The translations under genes and the position numbers were made by a program. From the NCBI GenBank assembly GCA_020697715.1, contig JAEHCO010000012.1, forward strand, positions 1 through 17,671: 17,671 nucleotides of DNA. Reading direction: 5' to 3'. Positions 7,201-15,906 of this stretch are shown one piece after another. The DNA is from Methanobacteriota archaeon. GTDB taxonomy: Archaea > Thermoplasmatota > Thermoplasmata > SG8-5 > JAGLSY01. The first letter of the stretch is position 1. Each line of letters starts with the position of its first letter. The notes under the pieces were generated by a model. The model ran no database searches. It was not told where the DNA came from and saw only the letters and a list, made by a program, of their open reading frames with translations.

Positions 7201-9635
7201 ACAACCATACTGGCTCAGCATTCGTTGTCTGGACAGAAGCAGTGACCAATCAAGATCTAACATCCACCACCATCGGCCTCACGAATTTCATGAACGATGC
7301 TGATATTCTGTATGCCATAATCGATGAGAGCAATGTGGTGATATCAGGACCCGATCCCATTTATTCAAAACCAGCTGGCACATCTGATATGCAGACCAGC
7401 ATGGTATTGGCGAATGATGACAATATCACACTAACGTGGATCTCTGACACTGATGGTGATATGATGTCCACCGGTGACCAACGCACGATGTTCTCCATAT
7501 GGAATGGCACCAATTGGAGTGCCCCCGTGGTCAAGTTCTGGCATGCTAGTTTCCATTATGATAACAAGATGGTCAATTTGCCTAATGGTGATATTATGTC
7601 CACCTGGATAAGGGATGGCGACGAATATTTCAACACAACACATGACCAACAGATCGTCTATTCTATTTACAATGGCACCAATTGGACGGATTACAAATAC
7701 ATCACGAATGACAATCTCAGCGTGAAATCAACCTCCCTTGCGATAAATGGTGACAATATAATTCTTGTCTGGCATGCTCAGGATTGGGAATTCGACAGTT
7801 ATATAAGATACTGCACCTGGAACACTGTCACGGAGACCTGGTCAACCATCGAGTTGGTCAACTACACTACCAGGCCAGTGCAACTCCCCCAGGTGGTGGT
7901 GAACCAGGATGGTTTGGCCGCTGTAGTGTGGAAGAACAATAAGATAATCGATATTGACAATGTGACCTATTCAGGTATTTATTATTGCACTATCGATCTA
8001 ATGAGCGATCGGTTGTGGACGAAGCCAAGGCTTGTGGCCACCACAAATGCGCATTTCCTTGATTTCAATTGCGATACTGAATTGATAGAGAGAAATACCA
8101 TAATCTACACTTATAACAACCTGACAACTCCTTATGATAGGAGCACGGAGGAGCAAGTGTCCATCAATATCTACTTCAGACCAGATATGGGGGTCAGTGC
8201 ACTTTCTGTGAATGGGAATCACTCGAATATCATCGCCAAGGAAGACGAGATCGTCCAGCTAGAAGCCACGATACAGAATACAGGAGACCTTTTCACACAG
8301 GCCTTCAATGTAAGCTTCTATGACGGAGAACCAGAGGCAGGAGGTACATTGATCGAGAGTGTTCCAGTATCTTCCATTGGCCGTTTTGATATGGTGAATG
8401 TTTCCATAGATTGGGAGGTGCCTGGTGGCATCCATAATGTGTTCGTCATTGCCGATCATGAGAATAAAATCTCTGAAATTGTCAAGAACAATAATAGGCT
8501 CAATTGCACCATCACTTGCCCGATAGACCTTTCCATAACCTTTGATAATATTGATTTGGATCCAGAGTATCCCAATCAAGGCGAGACCGTGACCATCACC
8601 GCCATGGTCAGGAACGTGGGCTACACTTCCGCCTCTTTTGTCAAGGTGGAATTTTATGATGGCGATCCGACCGTGGATGGCAAGCTATTTGATACAGAGA
8701 CCATCAGTTATCTGGATATGGATGAAAACGCGACCGTGACCGCTTACTGGGTCGCGGATCTGGGCGCTCACGAGCTCTTTGTATTCCTCAATATCAGTGA
8801 TCTGATACCAGATAACAATTTGGCTTTCAGGAGGGTTTCCCTTGTGACTGATATATCTATAAAAGATATATCAGTAAATCGAGCTCTCATAAATGAAGGG
8901 GAGAAAGCAACTGTTTCTGTAACTCTCCAGAATGATGGAAAGGCCGATTCTGATTCTGTCTTCGTCAAATTTTACACATATGACGACTTCATCGATGGTA
9001 AGTTCATATCACTCGATCATGGAGAAACAGGTTCTGTTTACATAGAGTGGCAAGCTCCGGTGGGGAATTTCCAAATATATGCCGTGGCCTTCCCAACAGA
9101 TAATATAATGGAGATCGAGGAATCAGAGAATAAAAGGTCAGTACATCTGGCAGTTCTTACTTCCAAGGATCTGACCATTGGCATGATACTTGCCGAGCAT
9201 GATAACGGCATACTGAACATCACGACCAATGTATCAAACATTGGTCATGGTGACCTGACAGGAGTGGAGGTCGATCTTTATGGTAGTTATGATGCAGGCA
9301 ATGACACATTGCTTCATTCTTTCAATATCACGAAGATGGATGAGTCCTCCCAGTACCTTTTGTATTATGAGTGGGCGGCTCCAGTAGGGACAAAAACAGT
9401 GTATGCCACCGTGGATCCGATGGATCGCATAAGTGAGATGGATGAGAATAATAATCAAGCATCTGAGAGATTGGATTTTGGAACCTGGGCAAGTGATGAT
9501 GGCCAGGATACAGATGATGATGGAACCATAGATGCAGTATATGCAGTGTCCATGATCGGGATATTGCTATTGGTATTAGTGGTATTGGCCATGTCCTTTA
9601 TCAAGAAGCGTAGAGGAGATAGGGAAGAAGAGTAA
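4257..9635 (+). CDS. Giant pilin-adhesin fusion: N-terminal pilin domain, CARDB and Ig-like domains, propeller-like repeats, four tandem CARDB domains, C-terminal TM anchor
   Basis: GRDRGG|IEEIPMKLLVIMVAVGFIVP signal; CARDB signatures (PDL....i.N.G....V.F.....E....NN) at about 4767-5300 and four times at about 8181-9470; C-terminal AVYAVSMIGILLLVLVVLAMSFI followed by KKRR; many N-x-S/T sequons. Confidence 0.85.
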   Translation: MGRGIGRDRGGIEEIPMKLLVIMVAVGFIVPAAYHGMSVNAQNQTKTDLQDAMDELVTAIRFVYGQGTLETREVTLDLGNSRFSDLGPIIIGDRIGEHPGVNQSTISYKYGSAWEHVVVTDPNIPITSPDNSALILDGYDKWELVIQKDTIGFTDFVVVRVKGQEGEVQMPDLYVGSISVLNNPIEGGYEVDDDTWQEYKPEMLTPFVPPGYSLSAVIKNIGNLGTDDPDAKWNDGIGEDDGVIRVRFIDYIIDKNETRQIGEPVIITNLAPDEEITITADQPWRVVDYLYRDWAFDRELLNRKIIAQVDYIEYDIDVENQTSNIIGGDNIDEIDGENNNREYLHIEIPPVINSVEAEYDDPDPGIGVFVQGIEVFNKFTINATDENGFVWQILMWYNGDELSIEVPADCDIPTQVLMEEARRGNFFTTYIDMGGINGTSNLTIAAIDNAGVGSDPYETSIYIELPPRWMENTDDPTRATTSRETGTQSRTFTPSTSGNATGGNGPVKAQLNYFTLILELPQTLNDGKKADASGDTPYVSGQENKQSEKYVLELKIPIGGEISFGKEKTLESTVMGMEVTGTAGVEASVNVGFPDIEINLTKIFDLIKEGKYLITNWKQFGPLLKDVKVNEGTVLETTVGELWKKVLKPDNVADLMNALNQTRNAAENESANTSSDYSGITDAISNIVEIVEEYQATFETLKEVWGTVMNIADNPASLLDLVSFEARVYASLEVMREWQIFSAKYPIFPPFVMASVDVSAAFSAVADTEAKISATLSGVKFGQVTATFTLGLGLYLVCEFNIGVNFGIAGGGMFGRIIGNPNLALTTGFTYDTPTIGIDGTTAGGFIPVCNGALDVSLMAEIGAYVEFLWWRKDWTFYKDVFQLGHWSFDVFEGTTEIPPIYVPPEQDLDAMAEKDGTINFPRGPASATFDGKTIVVTSKDLNNDFLNPNYQIQAKADGPAMTPSDILTTNNRLKVDPKVIYNHTGSAFVVWTEAVTNQDLTSTTIGLTNFMNDADILYAIIDESNVVISGPDPIYSKPAGTSDMQTSMVLANDDNITLTWISDTDGDMMSTGDQRTMFSIWNGTNWSAPVVKFWHASFHYDNKMVNLPNGDIMSTWIRDGDEYFNTTHDQQIVYSIYNGTNWTDYKYITNDNLSVKSTSLAINGDNIILVWHAQDWEFDSYIRYCTWNTVTETWSTIELVNYTTRPVQLPQVVVNQDGLAAVVWKNNKIIDIDNVTYSGIYYCTIDLMSDRLWTKPRLVATTNAHFLDFNCDTELIERNTIIYTYNNLTTPYDRSTEEQVSINIYFRPDMGVSALSVNGNHSNIIAKEDEIVQLEATIQNTGDLFTQAFNVSFYDGEPEAGGTLIESVPVSSIGRFDMVNVSIDWEVPGGIHNVFVIADHENKISEIVKNNNRLNCTITCPIDLSITFDNIDLDPEYPNQGETVTITAMVRNVGYTSASFVKVEFYDGDPTVDGKLFDTETISYLDMDENATVTAYWVADLGAHELFVFLNISDLIPDNNLAFRRVSLVTDISIKDISVNRALINEGEKATVSVTLQNDGKADSDSVFVKFYTYDDFIDGKFISLDHGETGSVYIEWQAPVGNFQIYAVAFPTDNIMEIEESENKRSVHLAVLTSKDLTIGMILAEHDNGILNITTNVSNIGHGDLTGVEVDLYGSYDAGNDTLLHSFNITKMDESSQYLLYYEWAAPVGTKTVYATVDPMDRISEMDENNNQASERLDFGTWASDDGQDTDDDGTIDAVYAVSMIGILLLVLVVLAMSFIKKRRGDREEE
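7431..7690 (+). repeat. Intragenic 168-nt (56-aa) repeat, beta-propeller-blade-like
   Basis: AATGGCACCAATTGGA is identical at 7503-7518 and 7671-7686; TGACCAAC occurs at 7475 and 7643 (both offsets 168 nt). Protein: TWISDTDGDMMSTGDQRTMFSIWNGTNW vs TWIRDGDEYFNTTHDQQIVYSIYNGTNW. Confidence 0.8.
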
Positions 9636-9651
9636 TCCAGGAGTGATCATT

Positions 9652-10269
9652 ATGGCAAAGAAGGCAGCTGAACCAAAAAAATCGACAACGGATAAAAAGA
9701 AAGTCGAAGCATTTTGCAATCACAGTATTGAGACATCCACGGTGGAGATGCGTCTGGTCTTTGATTGTAAGGAATGCCCAGTGGATGCAGATCTGAAAAA
9801 TAAACAATGCCTGAAAGGTGTGTTGTCCGCATTAGCAGACAACTACAATGCAGACAATGTAGTGCTGAGCGATTATGCAGAATTGAGGTACTCGGGACAA
9901 TCCATGAAGATGCTGAAGACCCTCATAGATCTCTCCAGTGAGATCGAGAATCTCTCATTACGGAATCCTCCCAGGGAATATTTCAGCGATATCAAGAGCC
10001 AGGGTGTGAAGGATAAGAGAAGAGCTACTTGCAATAGCTGCAAGGCCAATCCCCAGGTCATCTTCTCGCGTATGAAGAAGACTTTATTGGAGGATATTGA
10101 AATATTCTACAATGATTTCCTTATCTCATCTAAAGCTGTCAAGCAAACAAGAGCGGCTGAATGCCAGGCTTGTGTCAAGACCACGGAAGAGGCCCTGGTC
10201 TATGTTTTCAATCTTACTGAAGAGCTCAGAGCCTTCCTGTATTATGAAGGATTCAGTGTGGTCATATAG
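9652..10269 (+). CDS. Cys-rich (8 Cys) cytoplasmic protein, probable metal-binding partner of the assembly ATPase
   Basis: C...CKEC...C and CNSC...CQAC; no TM segment. AGGAGTGA SD at 9639-9646 favours ATG 9652 over GTG 9643. Confidence 0.75.
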   Translation: MAKKAAEPKKSTTDKKKVEAFCNHSIETSTVEMRLVFDCKECPVDADLKNKQCLKGVLSALADNYNADNVVLSDYAELRYSGQSMKMLKTLIDLSSEIENLSLRNPPREYFSDIKSQGVKDKRRATCNSCKANPQVIFSRMKKTLLEDIEIFYNDFLISSKAVKQTRAAECQACVKTTEEALVYVFNLTEELRAFLYYEGFSVVI

Positions 10270-10280
10270 GGGTGAAATGA

Positions 10281-12401
10281 ATGGTGAAGATAATAGGTCA
10301 AGAAGAAAAGGAACCTGAAGACATTGACATAGACGATGATGATGAGAAAACGAAAAAGAAAGGTGTGAAGATCATCTCATCCGAAGAAACCGAGAGAGTG
10401 GCATCTCCCGAACCTATGATCGAGGCTGAGATTATTGACGAGCCAGTAATCATGGAAGAGCCTGTATTTGAGCCAGAGCCAATTCCCACTGCCCCATCTT
10501 CCGAGCCTATTTATGAGGAGCCAATCCCCGAACCAGTGTTCGAGACTCCAGAACTAATCGAAGAGGAAGCTCCTGGACCGATGATCGAATCCACACCCAG
10601 TGAAGCAAAACAAACAGGGATGACAACCCTGGATGATGTCATACTCTCTCTCGAGAACAAGGGACCGCTTGCAATAGATGCAAAGCGAGTTCACCGGGCC
10701 ATGATCGTGATAATGGAGAAGTACCATGACCTTCGTCCTGGATTCTCTTATTCATGGGTGACCCCAGAACCTCCAGAGAATTCCAAAAAGATACTGGAAT
10801 ATAAAGTGCAAGATGCGCTCGTGAGCCTGTGGCTGATCAAAGATTTCACTTATTCTCATTATCATATCAAACCTAAGGAATACTCACTCCCCTCGGACCT
10901 CATGAAACTTATCCATCTTGCCAAGATAGAACTATTGAGGAACCGACCAAGACATATTCAATTGGATAGGCCAGGTCAGGCTAGGCTATATGTGGAGAAC
11001 TTCGGAAAGAAGATCCTATACCAGATAGCGAACAAGCATTCTATCAAGATAGGAAATACACCCGAGGAAGAAATGAAAGTCCTGGATGATCTCACTTCGG
11101 TATTGGCCAGGTACACGGTGGGTCTCGGACTCTTTGAATATTTCCTCGAAGATCCATATATGCAGGATATTTACGTCGATGCCCCAGCTCCGAAAAATCC
11201 CATCCATGCCAGCATGGGTGGTCTCGCAAACAAAGAACTTTATGACAAGTTCGTTACCAATGTGATCCTGAGCAATGAGGACGTGGACAGCATGGTGTCC
11301 AGGTTCAGGTACGAAAGTGGCAGGCCATTCTCCGAAGCCATGCCTGTACTGGAAACTGATCTTGTCCAGCACCAAACCAGGGTGACAGCCATTGGGAAAC
11401 CATTGAGTCCAGATGGCATAGGCATAGCTTTCCGAAGACATTCCACTGATCCCTGGACCATGTTGAAGCTTATTGATAATGGAACTGTATCACCTCTTTC
11501 AGCCGGCCTTCTCTCCTTCCTAATTGAAGGACATTGTACCATGCTGGTATCTGGAAGTAGGGGTGCTGGAAAGTCTTCGCTTCTTGGTAGCCTACTTCTT
11601 GAATTCCCTACGATACAGAGGATATTGACCATCGAGGACACTCTGGAATTGCCAGTTCCAGAGATGCAGAAACTAGGCTATAAGGTTCAGAGGATGTTTG
11701 TCCAGTCCACTCTTGGAGGAAAGGGTGAGATGACTGCTGATGATGCCTTGAGAACTTCCTTGAGATTGGGCGAATCCGCCCTGATACTAGGAGAGGTCAG
11801 AGGCCAGGAGGCCAGAACCCTATACGAGGCAATGAGAACAGGAACCGCAGGATCATCGGTCATGGGAACATTCCATGCGGATTCTGCAAAGTCCACCTTT
11901 GAGAGAGCGACCAGTGATATGGGCATACCAGCGACATCCTTCATGGCCACTGACATCATAGTGGTCCAAACACTGACACAATCCAAAGGTTCTCAGAAAC
12001 TATTGAGGCGTTGTACCCAGATTGCGGAAACTGCCAAGACATCTGACGTTCCTGGTGAATTCAATGATCTGATGATGTATGATAGCGATAATGATCTGTT
12101 GATGGAGACCGATGTGTTCAATTACAAATCTGAACGTATTGGGGAGATCGCTAGGAAATGGGGCATATCCATGGAGGATGCTTTGAATGATATCAGGGTC
12201 AGAGCCAGATATCGATTGGATGCGGTCGAATATGCAAGAGAGCATGATAAACCGCAGCTTTTGAAGATCGAATGGGTCGCACGCATGAACAACAAATATT
12301 GGGCACTGCGTGAGAGTGCTATAAGTGATGGAGATCTTAATTTCAATAAGATCCTGGAACAATGGAGAAAATGGTTCCTGGAAGGTGCCAAGTATGCATG
12401 A
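10281..12401 (+). CDS. Type II/IV secretion (VirB11/TadA/CpaF-like) pilus assembly ATPase
   Basis: Walker A GSRGAGKS, Asp box TIEDTLE, Walker B LILGEVRG, His box MGTFHADS; LEDPYMQDIYV; own SD GGGGTGA. Confidence 0.95.
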   Translation: MVKIIGQEEKEPEDIDIDDDDEKTKKKGVKIISSEETERVASPEPMIEAEIIDEPVIMEEPVFEPEPIPTAPSSEPIYEEPIPEPVFETPELIEEEAPGPMIESTPSEAKQTGMTTLDDVILSLENKGPLAIDAKRVHRAMIVIMEKYHDLRPGFSYSWVTPEPPENSKKILEYKVQDALVSLWLIKDFTYSHYHIKPKEYSLPSDLMKLIHLAKIELLRNRPRHIQLDRPGQARLYVENFGKKILYQIANKHSIKIGNTPEEEMKVLDDLTSVLARYTVGLGLFEYFLEDPYMQDIYVDAPAPKNPIHASMGGLANKELYDKFVTNVILSNEDVDSMVSRFRYESGRPFSEAMPVLETDLVQHQTRVTAIGKPLSPDGIGIAFRRHSTDPWTMLKLIDNGTVSPLSAGLLSFLIEGHCTMLVSGSRGAGKSSLLGSLLLEFPTIQRILTIEDTLELPVPEMQKLGYKVQRMFVQSTLGGKGEMTADDALRTSLRLGESALILGEVRGQEARTLYEAMRTGTAGSSVMGTFHADSAKSTFERATSDMGIPATSFMATDIIVVQTLTQSKGSQKLLRRCTQIAETAKTSDVPGEFNDLMMYDSDNDLLMETDVFNYKSERIGEIARKWGISMEDALNDIRVRARYRLDAVEYAREHDKPQLLKIEWVARMNNKYWALRESAISDGDLNFNKILEQWRKWFLEGAKYA

Positions 12402-14460
12402 TGGTAAGGGATTGGAAAAGGATCTGCCACCCTATGGTGCATGGTATATTTCATTGTCAAGAAAAATATTGAGGTCAGCTGGCCCATCTGAAGCCGATAA
12501 AGATAAGAAACGCGAGGAGACCAGAACTGCCTTTGAGAATGCTGAAACTATAGCCAATGAAGCCTTTGAGAAGGTGAACGAGGCCAGGATACGCGGTGAT
12601 GACACCACCAGGGAATTCCGGAGTGCGGAAGCGAAATACAAGGAAGCCAAGAAAAAGGTCGAAAAGGCTGAAGCGGTATTCAAACAAGAAAAATTTCGAG
12701 CCTCTGTAGATTTCTTGAGTTGGGATATTGACGAATTCGATGTTTTGGCACTCAGTCAGATAATGACTCTGATAGTATTCGCCATAAATGCTGTAGCGAC
12801 AATTCCTATATTCATTATTTATGGAGCCAGCTCCCTAATGTACACCATACCCTTTGTTTTCATACTTCCTTTGATCGTGCTGGGATTTTTTGCTACATAT
12901 CCTGAAAGCCTTGCTCAAAGGGTTAGGATACAAAGCCTTGGAAGGGCACCAGAGGCCATAAATTACCTTGTGATGTCGATGCGTCTTTCACCCACATTGG
13001 ACAAGGCCATTATGTTCACTGGCAATCATACAGATGAGCCATTGGCATCTGAATTTAAAAAGCTCACATGGGATCTCATGATGAGAAAGTACAATAGCAT
13101 AGAGGATGGACTTGTTGACTTCGCATCCAGATGGGGGCAGTGGAATGAAGATTTCCGTAGAGCTTTATACGCTATCAGGACAGCCACATTGGAACGGACA
13201 GAAGAAGGCCTGAAACGCACACTTGATAAGGCGAATGACATAATCCTCACTGGAACCAAGACCAGGATGGAAGGCTATGCCGCTTCTTTGAGTGGACCAA
13301 CCATGATAGTTTTCGCTCTGGGAGTATTACTTCCATTGATCATGGGCTCCATGCTCCCTATGCTTTCAATGAACATGGGAGATATGATGAACTTCGATGC
13401 AACTGGCATAGAGGATACCATGTCCGGAGGTGCTAGCGTGGAGGAATACAATATTCTACCTATCGTACTTCTGCTGGATGTAGTATTCCCTGTCATCACT
13501 CTTGTTTATTCATATTATGTTCTTGGTAATAGGCCAGGAACTACGAGTCCGCCCGATATAGCATCTCCATTCACTACCAAACAAAAACGCTCTATTGGAG
13601 TTACCGGGGTGATCATCGCTATAAGTATTGGAATGCTGGGATTACCAGTGGTCTATGAAGCGATAGGTATCGATATATTCGGTGTGACACCGATAGTTGT
13701 CGGTATCGGGGTGGGGGCATCCTTCTATCTCGTGACCACGACCAGATATCAGAAGAAGAAGAGAGATGAAACCAAAAAACTCGAATCAGAATTCCCAGAT
13801 GCTTTATTCCAACTGGGTAGTCGTATCTCCGAGGGTGAACCATTGGAATCAGCTTTCCAGAAAGTTGCCGACACTCTCAAAGGTACGATGGTGGCTGAAC
13901 TTTTTGGCACCATATCTTATAATTTGAAGATGACAAGAGCGCCACTAAACGAAATTTTGTTCAATAGGAATATAGGCGTTCTGAGGAACGTGCATTCAAG
14001 GACAATAAGAGCCACCATGGAAACAGTGGTAGAAGCAGTCCAAAAGGATGCTTCTACAGCTGGCCAGACCATCGTCACCATATCCAATTATCTGAGGGAT
14101 ATGATCCAAGTTGACCAGGAAATAAAGAACTCTCTCAGCTCAGTTGTTGATATGATGAAGACGACCGCCATACTGTTCTCCCCCATTGTCATGGGCATAA
14201 CTATCGGGCTTTATTTCATGCTATACAATCAATTCCAGGATCTGCCCTTCACATCTTCAATGATGGATCCATCTGACTTCGTACTGATCATAGGTCTGTA
14301 TCTACTGATGGTGGTAGGGATAACTGGGTATTTCGCCGTGGGAATTCAGAATGGCATAGACACGATCGAGGCAAAGTATTCCATCGGAATATCCTTGCCG
14401 ATCGCAGCCATCACTTTCTCGATAGTTACAATTCTTAGTCAATCGTTAATGGGAGGTTAG
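12394..14460 (+). CDS. Type II secretion system F (TadB/TadC-like) membrane platform with two fused T2SSF domains
   Basis: Two cytoplasmic T2SSF repeats (APEAINYLVMSMRLSPTLDKAI...PLASEF and EFPDALFQLGSRISEGEPLESAF) and about 9 hydrophobic segments. Start likely ATG 12394 (GAAGGTG SD; 8-nt overlap with the ATPase stop) rather than 12325. Confidence 0.9.
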   Translation: MHDGKGLEKDLPPYGAWYISLSRKILRSAGPSEADKDKKREETRTAFENAETIANEAFEKVNEARIRGDDTTREFRSAEAKYKEAKKKVEKAEAVFKQEKFRASVDFLSWDIDEFDVLALSQIMTLIVFAINAVATIPIFIIYGASSLMYTIPFVFILPLIVLGFFATYPESLAQRVRIQSLGRAPEAINYLVMSMRLSPTLDKAIMFTGNHTDEPLASEFKKLTWDLMMRKYNSIEDGLVDFASRWGQWNEDFRRALYAIRTATLERTEEGLKRTLDKANDIILTGTKTRMEGYAASLSGPTMIVFALGVLLPLIMGSMLPMLSMNMGDMMNFDATGIEDTMSGGASVEEYNILPIVLLLDVVFPVITLVYSYYVLGNRPGTTSPPDIASPFTTKQKRSIGVTGVIIAISIGMLGLPVVYEAIGIDIFGVTPIVVGIGVGASFYLVTTTRYQKKKRDETKKLESEFPDALFQLGSRISEGEPLESAFQKVADTLKGTMVAELFGTISYNLKMTRAPLNEILFNRNIGVLRNVHSRTIRATMETVVEAVQKDASTAGQTIVTISNYLRDMIQVDQEIKNSLSSVVDMMKTTAILFSPIVMGITIGLYFMLYNQFQDLPFTSSMMDPSDFVLIIGLYLLMVVGITGYFAVGIQNGIDTIEAKYSIGISLPIAAITFSIVTILSQSLMGG

Positions 14461-14463
14461 ATA

Positions 14464-15906
14464 ATGACACAAAGGGTCATATTTGGAAGAACAGACAAGG
14501 ACATTGATAAATACGGCATAAGAGGCTGTGGCTATCTGGGTAAGATAGTCAGCTACCCAGCTGGGCGCTATGAAGAGATGGGCGAGGTTCAATTGGATCT
14601 GGCTTTTCCCCATTGTATGCTAGTTATGGGTAAGCGAGGTACCGGAAAATCATACACTCTGGGTGTCATGGCCGAGTCCTTCGGCATGATGGAAGCAGAA
14701 CAGAAAGATCGCCTATCTGTTTTGATAGTCGATACCATGAGTGTCTTCCATAGCCTGAAGACCGCTAATTCCAATGCTTATGAGGTAGATCGTTTGAAGA
14801 GCTTTAATGGCCTGACGCCAAAGGGAATGGGTGATTATGTACACATCCTCATGCCGGAGTTGGCAATAAAGGAATTGGAGAAGGCAGGACATGATGTCCT
14901 CTATGATCAGGTCTTACAACTCCCTCTGCATGAGATAAGTGTTCAGGACTGGCTGGATTTATTCGGTCTTACTATAACCGATCCTGTTGGCACTCTTTTG
15001 ATAAAGGTGATAAGGATCCTTCAGCATAAGAATGAACCATATGGCTATGAGGATGTTTATAGGGAGATCGATAATCAGAAAATGTTCGAAGGTGAAGGAA
15101 CCAAGGACAGTCTGAAGGGAACGATCCAAATGGTGGAGGATATTGGGGTATTCGGTAAGGAAGGAACACCCTTTTCCAATATTGTGAAAGCTGGTCGTAT
15201 GACCATTTTGGACATAAGTTATCTGGGACGCCTGGGTGGTTTTGATATACGTAATTTAATAATCTCAATCATAGCCAGTCATCTCATGCGGGCTAGGACC
15301 CTATACACCACATTGGAGATGCAGGCTGAGGCAAATCTCATAGATGAAGAAGTGGCCAAGGATATCACCAAGGAACATCCTTTAGTTTACATGATGATAG
15401 ACGAAGCCCATCTTTTCCTCCCGAACAAAGGCAAGACCATCGCCACTGATGCTTTGATAGATTGGATCAAATTAGGGCGACACCCTGGCCTTTCATTGAT
15501 ATTGGCCACTCAGGAGCCTTCTGCACTTCATCAGAGTGCGATAAAGCAAGCTGATCTGATTATCGCCCATAATGTCACTGCCGCACCGGATATAGAGGCT
15601 TTGAAGATGGCGAAGCAATCATACACATCTGGAACCAAAGACTTCGACAGGCTGGTTTCGACAATGGAATTCCGACGAGGATTGGCTGTCGTAATGGATG
15701 ATAAGACCAGGAAGATGGAGCTTGTCTGTGTTAGACCAAGAACCACTCTCCATACAGGGCTTGATGCTACATTGTTCCCTCGGGAAGACAAAGCACCAAC
15801 TTCTGAGGGAAAAGAAGCTGCTGGTAATAAGAAGAACAATTCGTCTTCCACAGCAAATGATTCAGACTTCGGTGATCTCTATGGTAAGAAAATAGGTGAC
15901 AATTGA
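14464..15906 (+). CDS. HerA/FtsK-superfamily (DUF87-like) P-loop ATPase
   Basis: PHCMLVMGKRGTGKSYT (Walker A), VLIVDTM, ILDIS, YMMIDEAH (Walker B), GRHPGLSLILATQEP; no TM segment; GGAGG SD; 3 nt after the platform gene. Confidence 0.9.
   Translation: MTQRVIFGRTDKDIDKYGIRGCGYLGKIVSYPAGRYEEMGEVQLDLAFPHCMLVMGKRGTGKSYTLGVMAESFGMMEAEQKDRLSVLIVDTMSVFHSLKTANSNAYEVDRLKSFNGLTPKGMGDYVHILMPELAIKELEKAGHDVLYDQVLQLPLHEISVQDWLDLFGLTITDPVGTLLIKVIRILQHKNEPYGYEDVYREIDNQKMFEGEGTKDSLKGTIQMVEDIGVFGKEGTPFSNIVKAGRMTILDISYLGRLGGFDIRNLIISIIASHLMRARTLYTTLEMQAEANLIDEEVAKDITKEHPLVYMMIDEAHLFLPNKGKTIATDALIDWIKLGRHPGLSLILATQEPSALHQSAIKQADLIIAHNVTAAPDIEALKMAKQSYTSGTKDFDRLVSTMEFRRGLAVVMDDKTRKMELVCVRPRTTLHTGLDATLFPREDKAPTSEGKEAAGNKKNNSSSTANDSDFGDLYGKKIGDN

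Noticed and set aside
7431-7690. Direct repeats as a CRISPR array or mobile-element ends
   Set aside because: Only two copies, in frame at 168 nt, explained by a protein repeat.
10260-10285. Frameshift or pseudogene joining the Cys-rich ORF and the ATPase
   Set aside because: Clean stop, a proper GGGGTGA SD and ATG for the ATPase, and no slippery or homopolymer run.
12325-12393. Longer N-terminus of the platform protein
   Set aside because: It would overlap the ATPase by 77 nt; ATG 12394 has a good SD and a typical short overlap.
3262-14460. Archaellum operon
   Set aside because: No archaellin N-terminal motif and no ArlH/F/G-like genes recognised.
14464-15906. HerA as a DNA-repair or anti-phage (e.g. 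Sir2-HerA) module
   Set aside because: No nuclease, Sir2, NurA, Mre11 or Rad50 neighbour; both flanking genes are pilus components.
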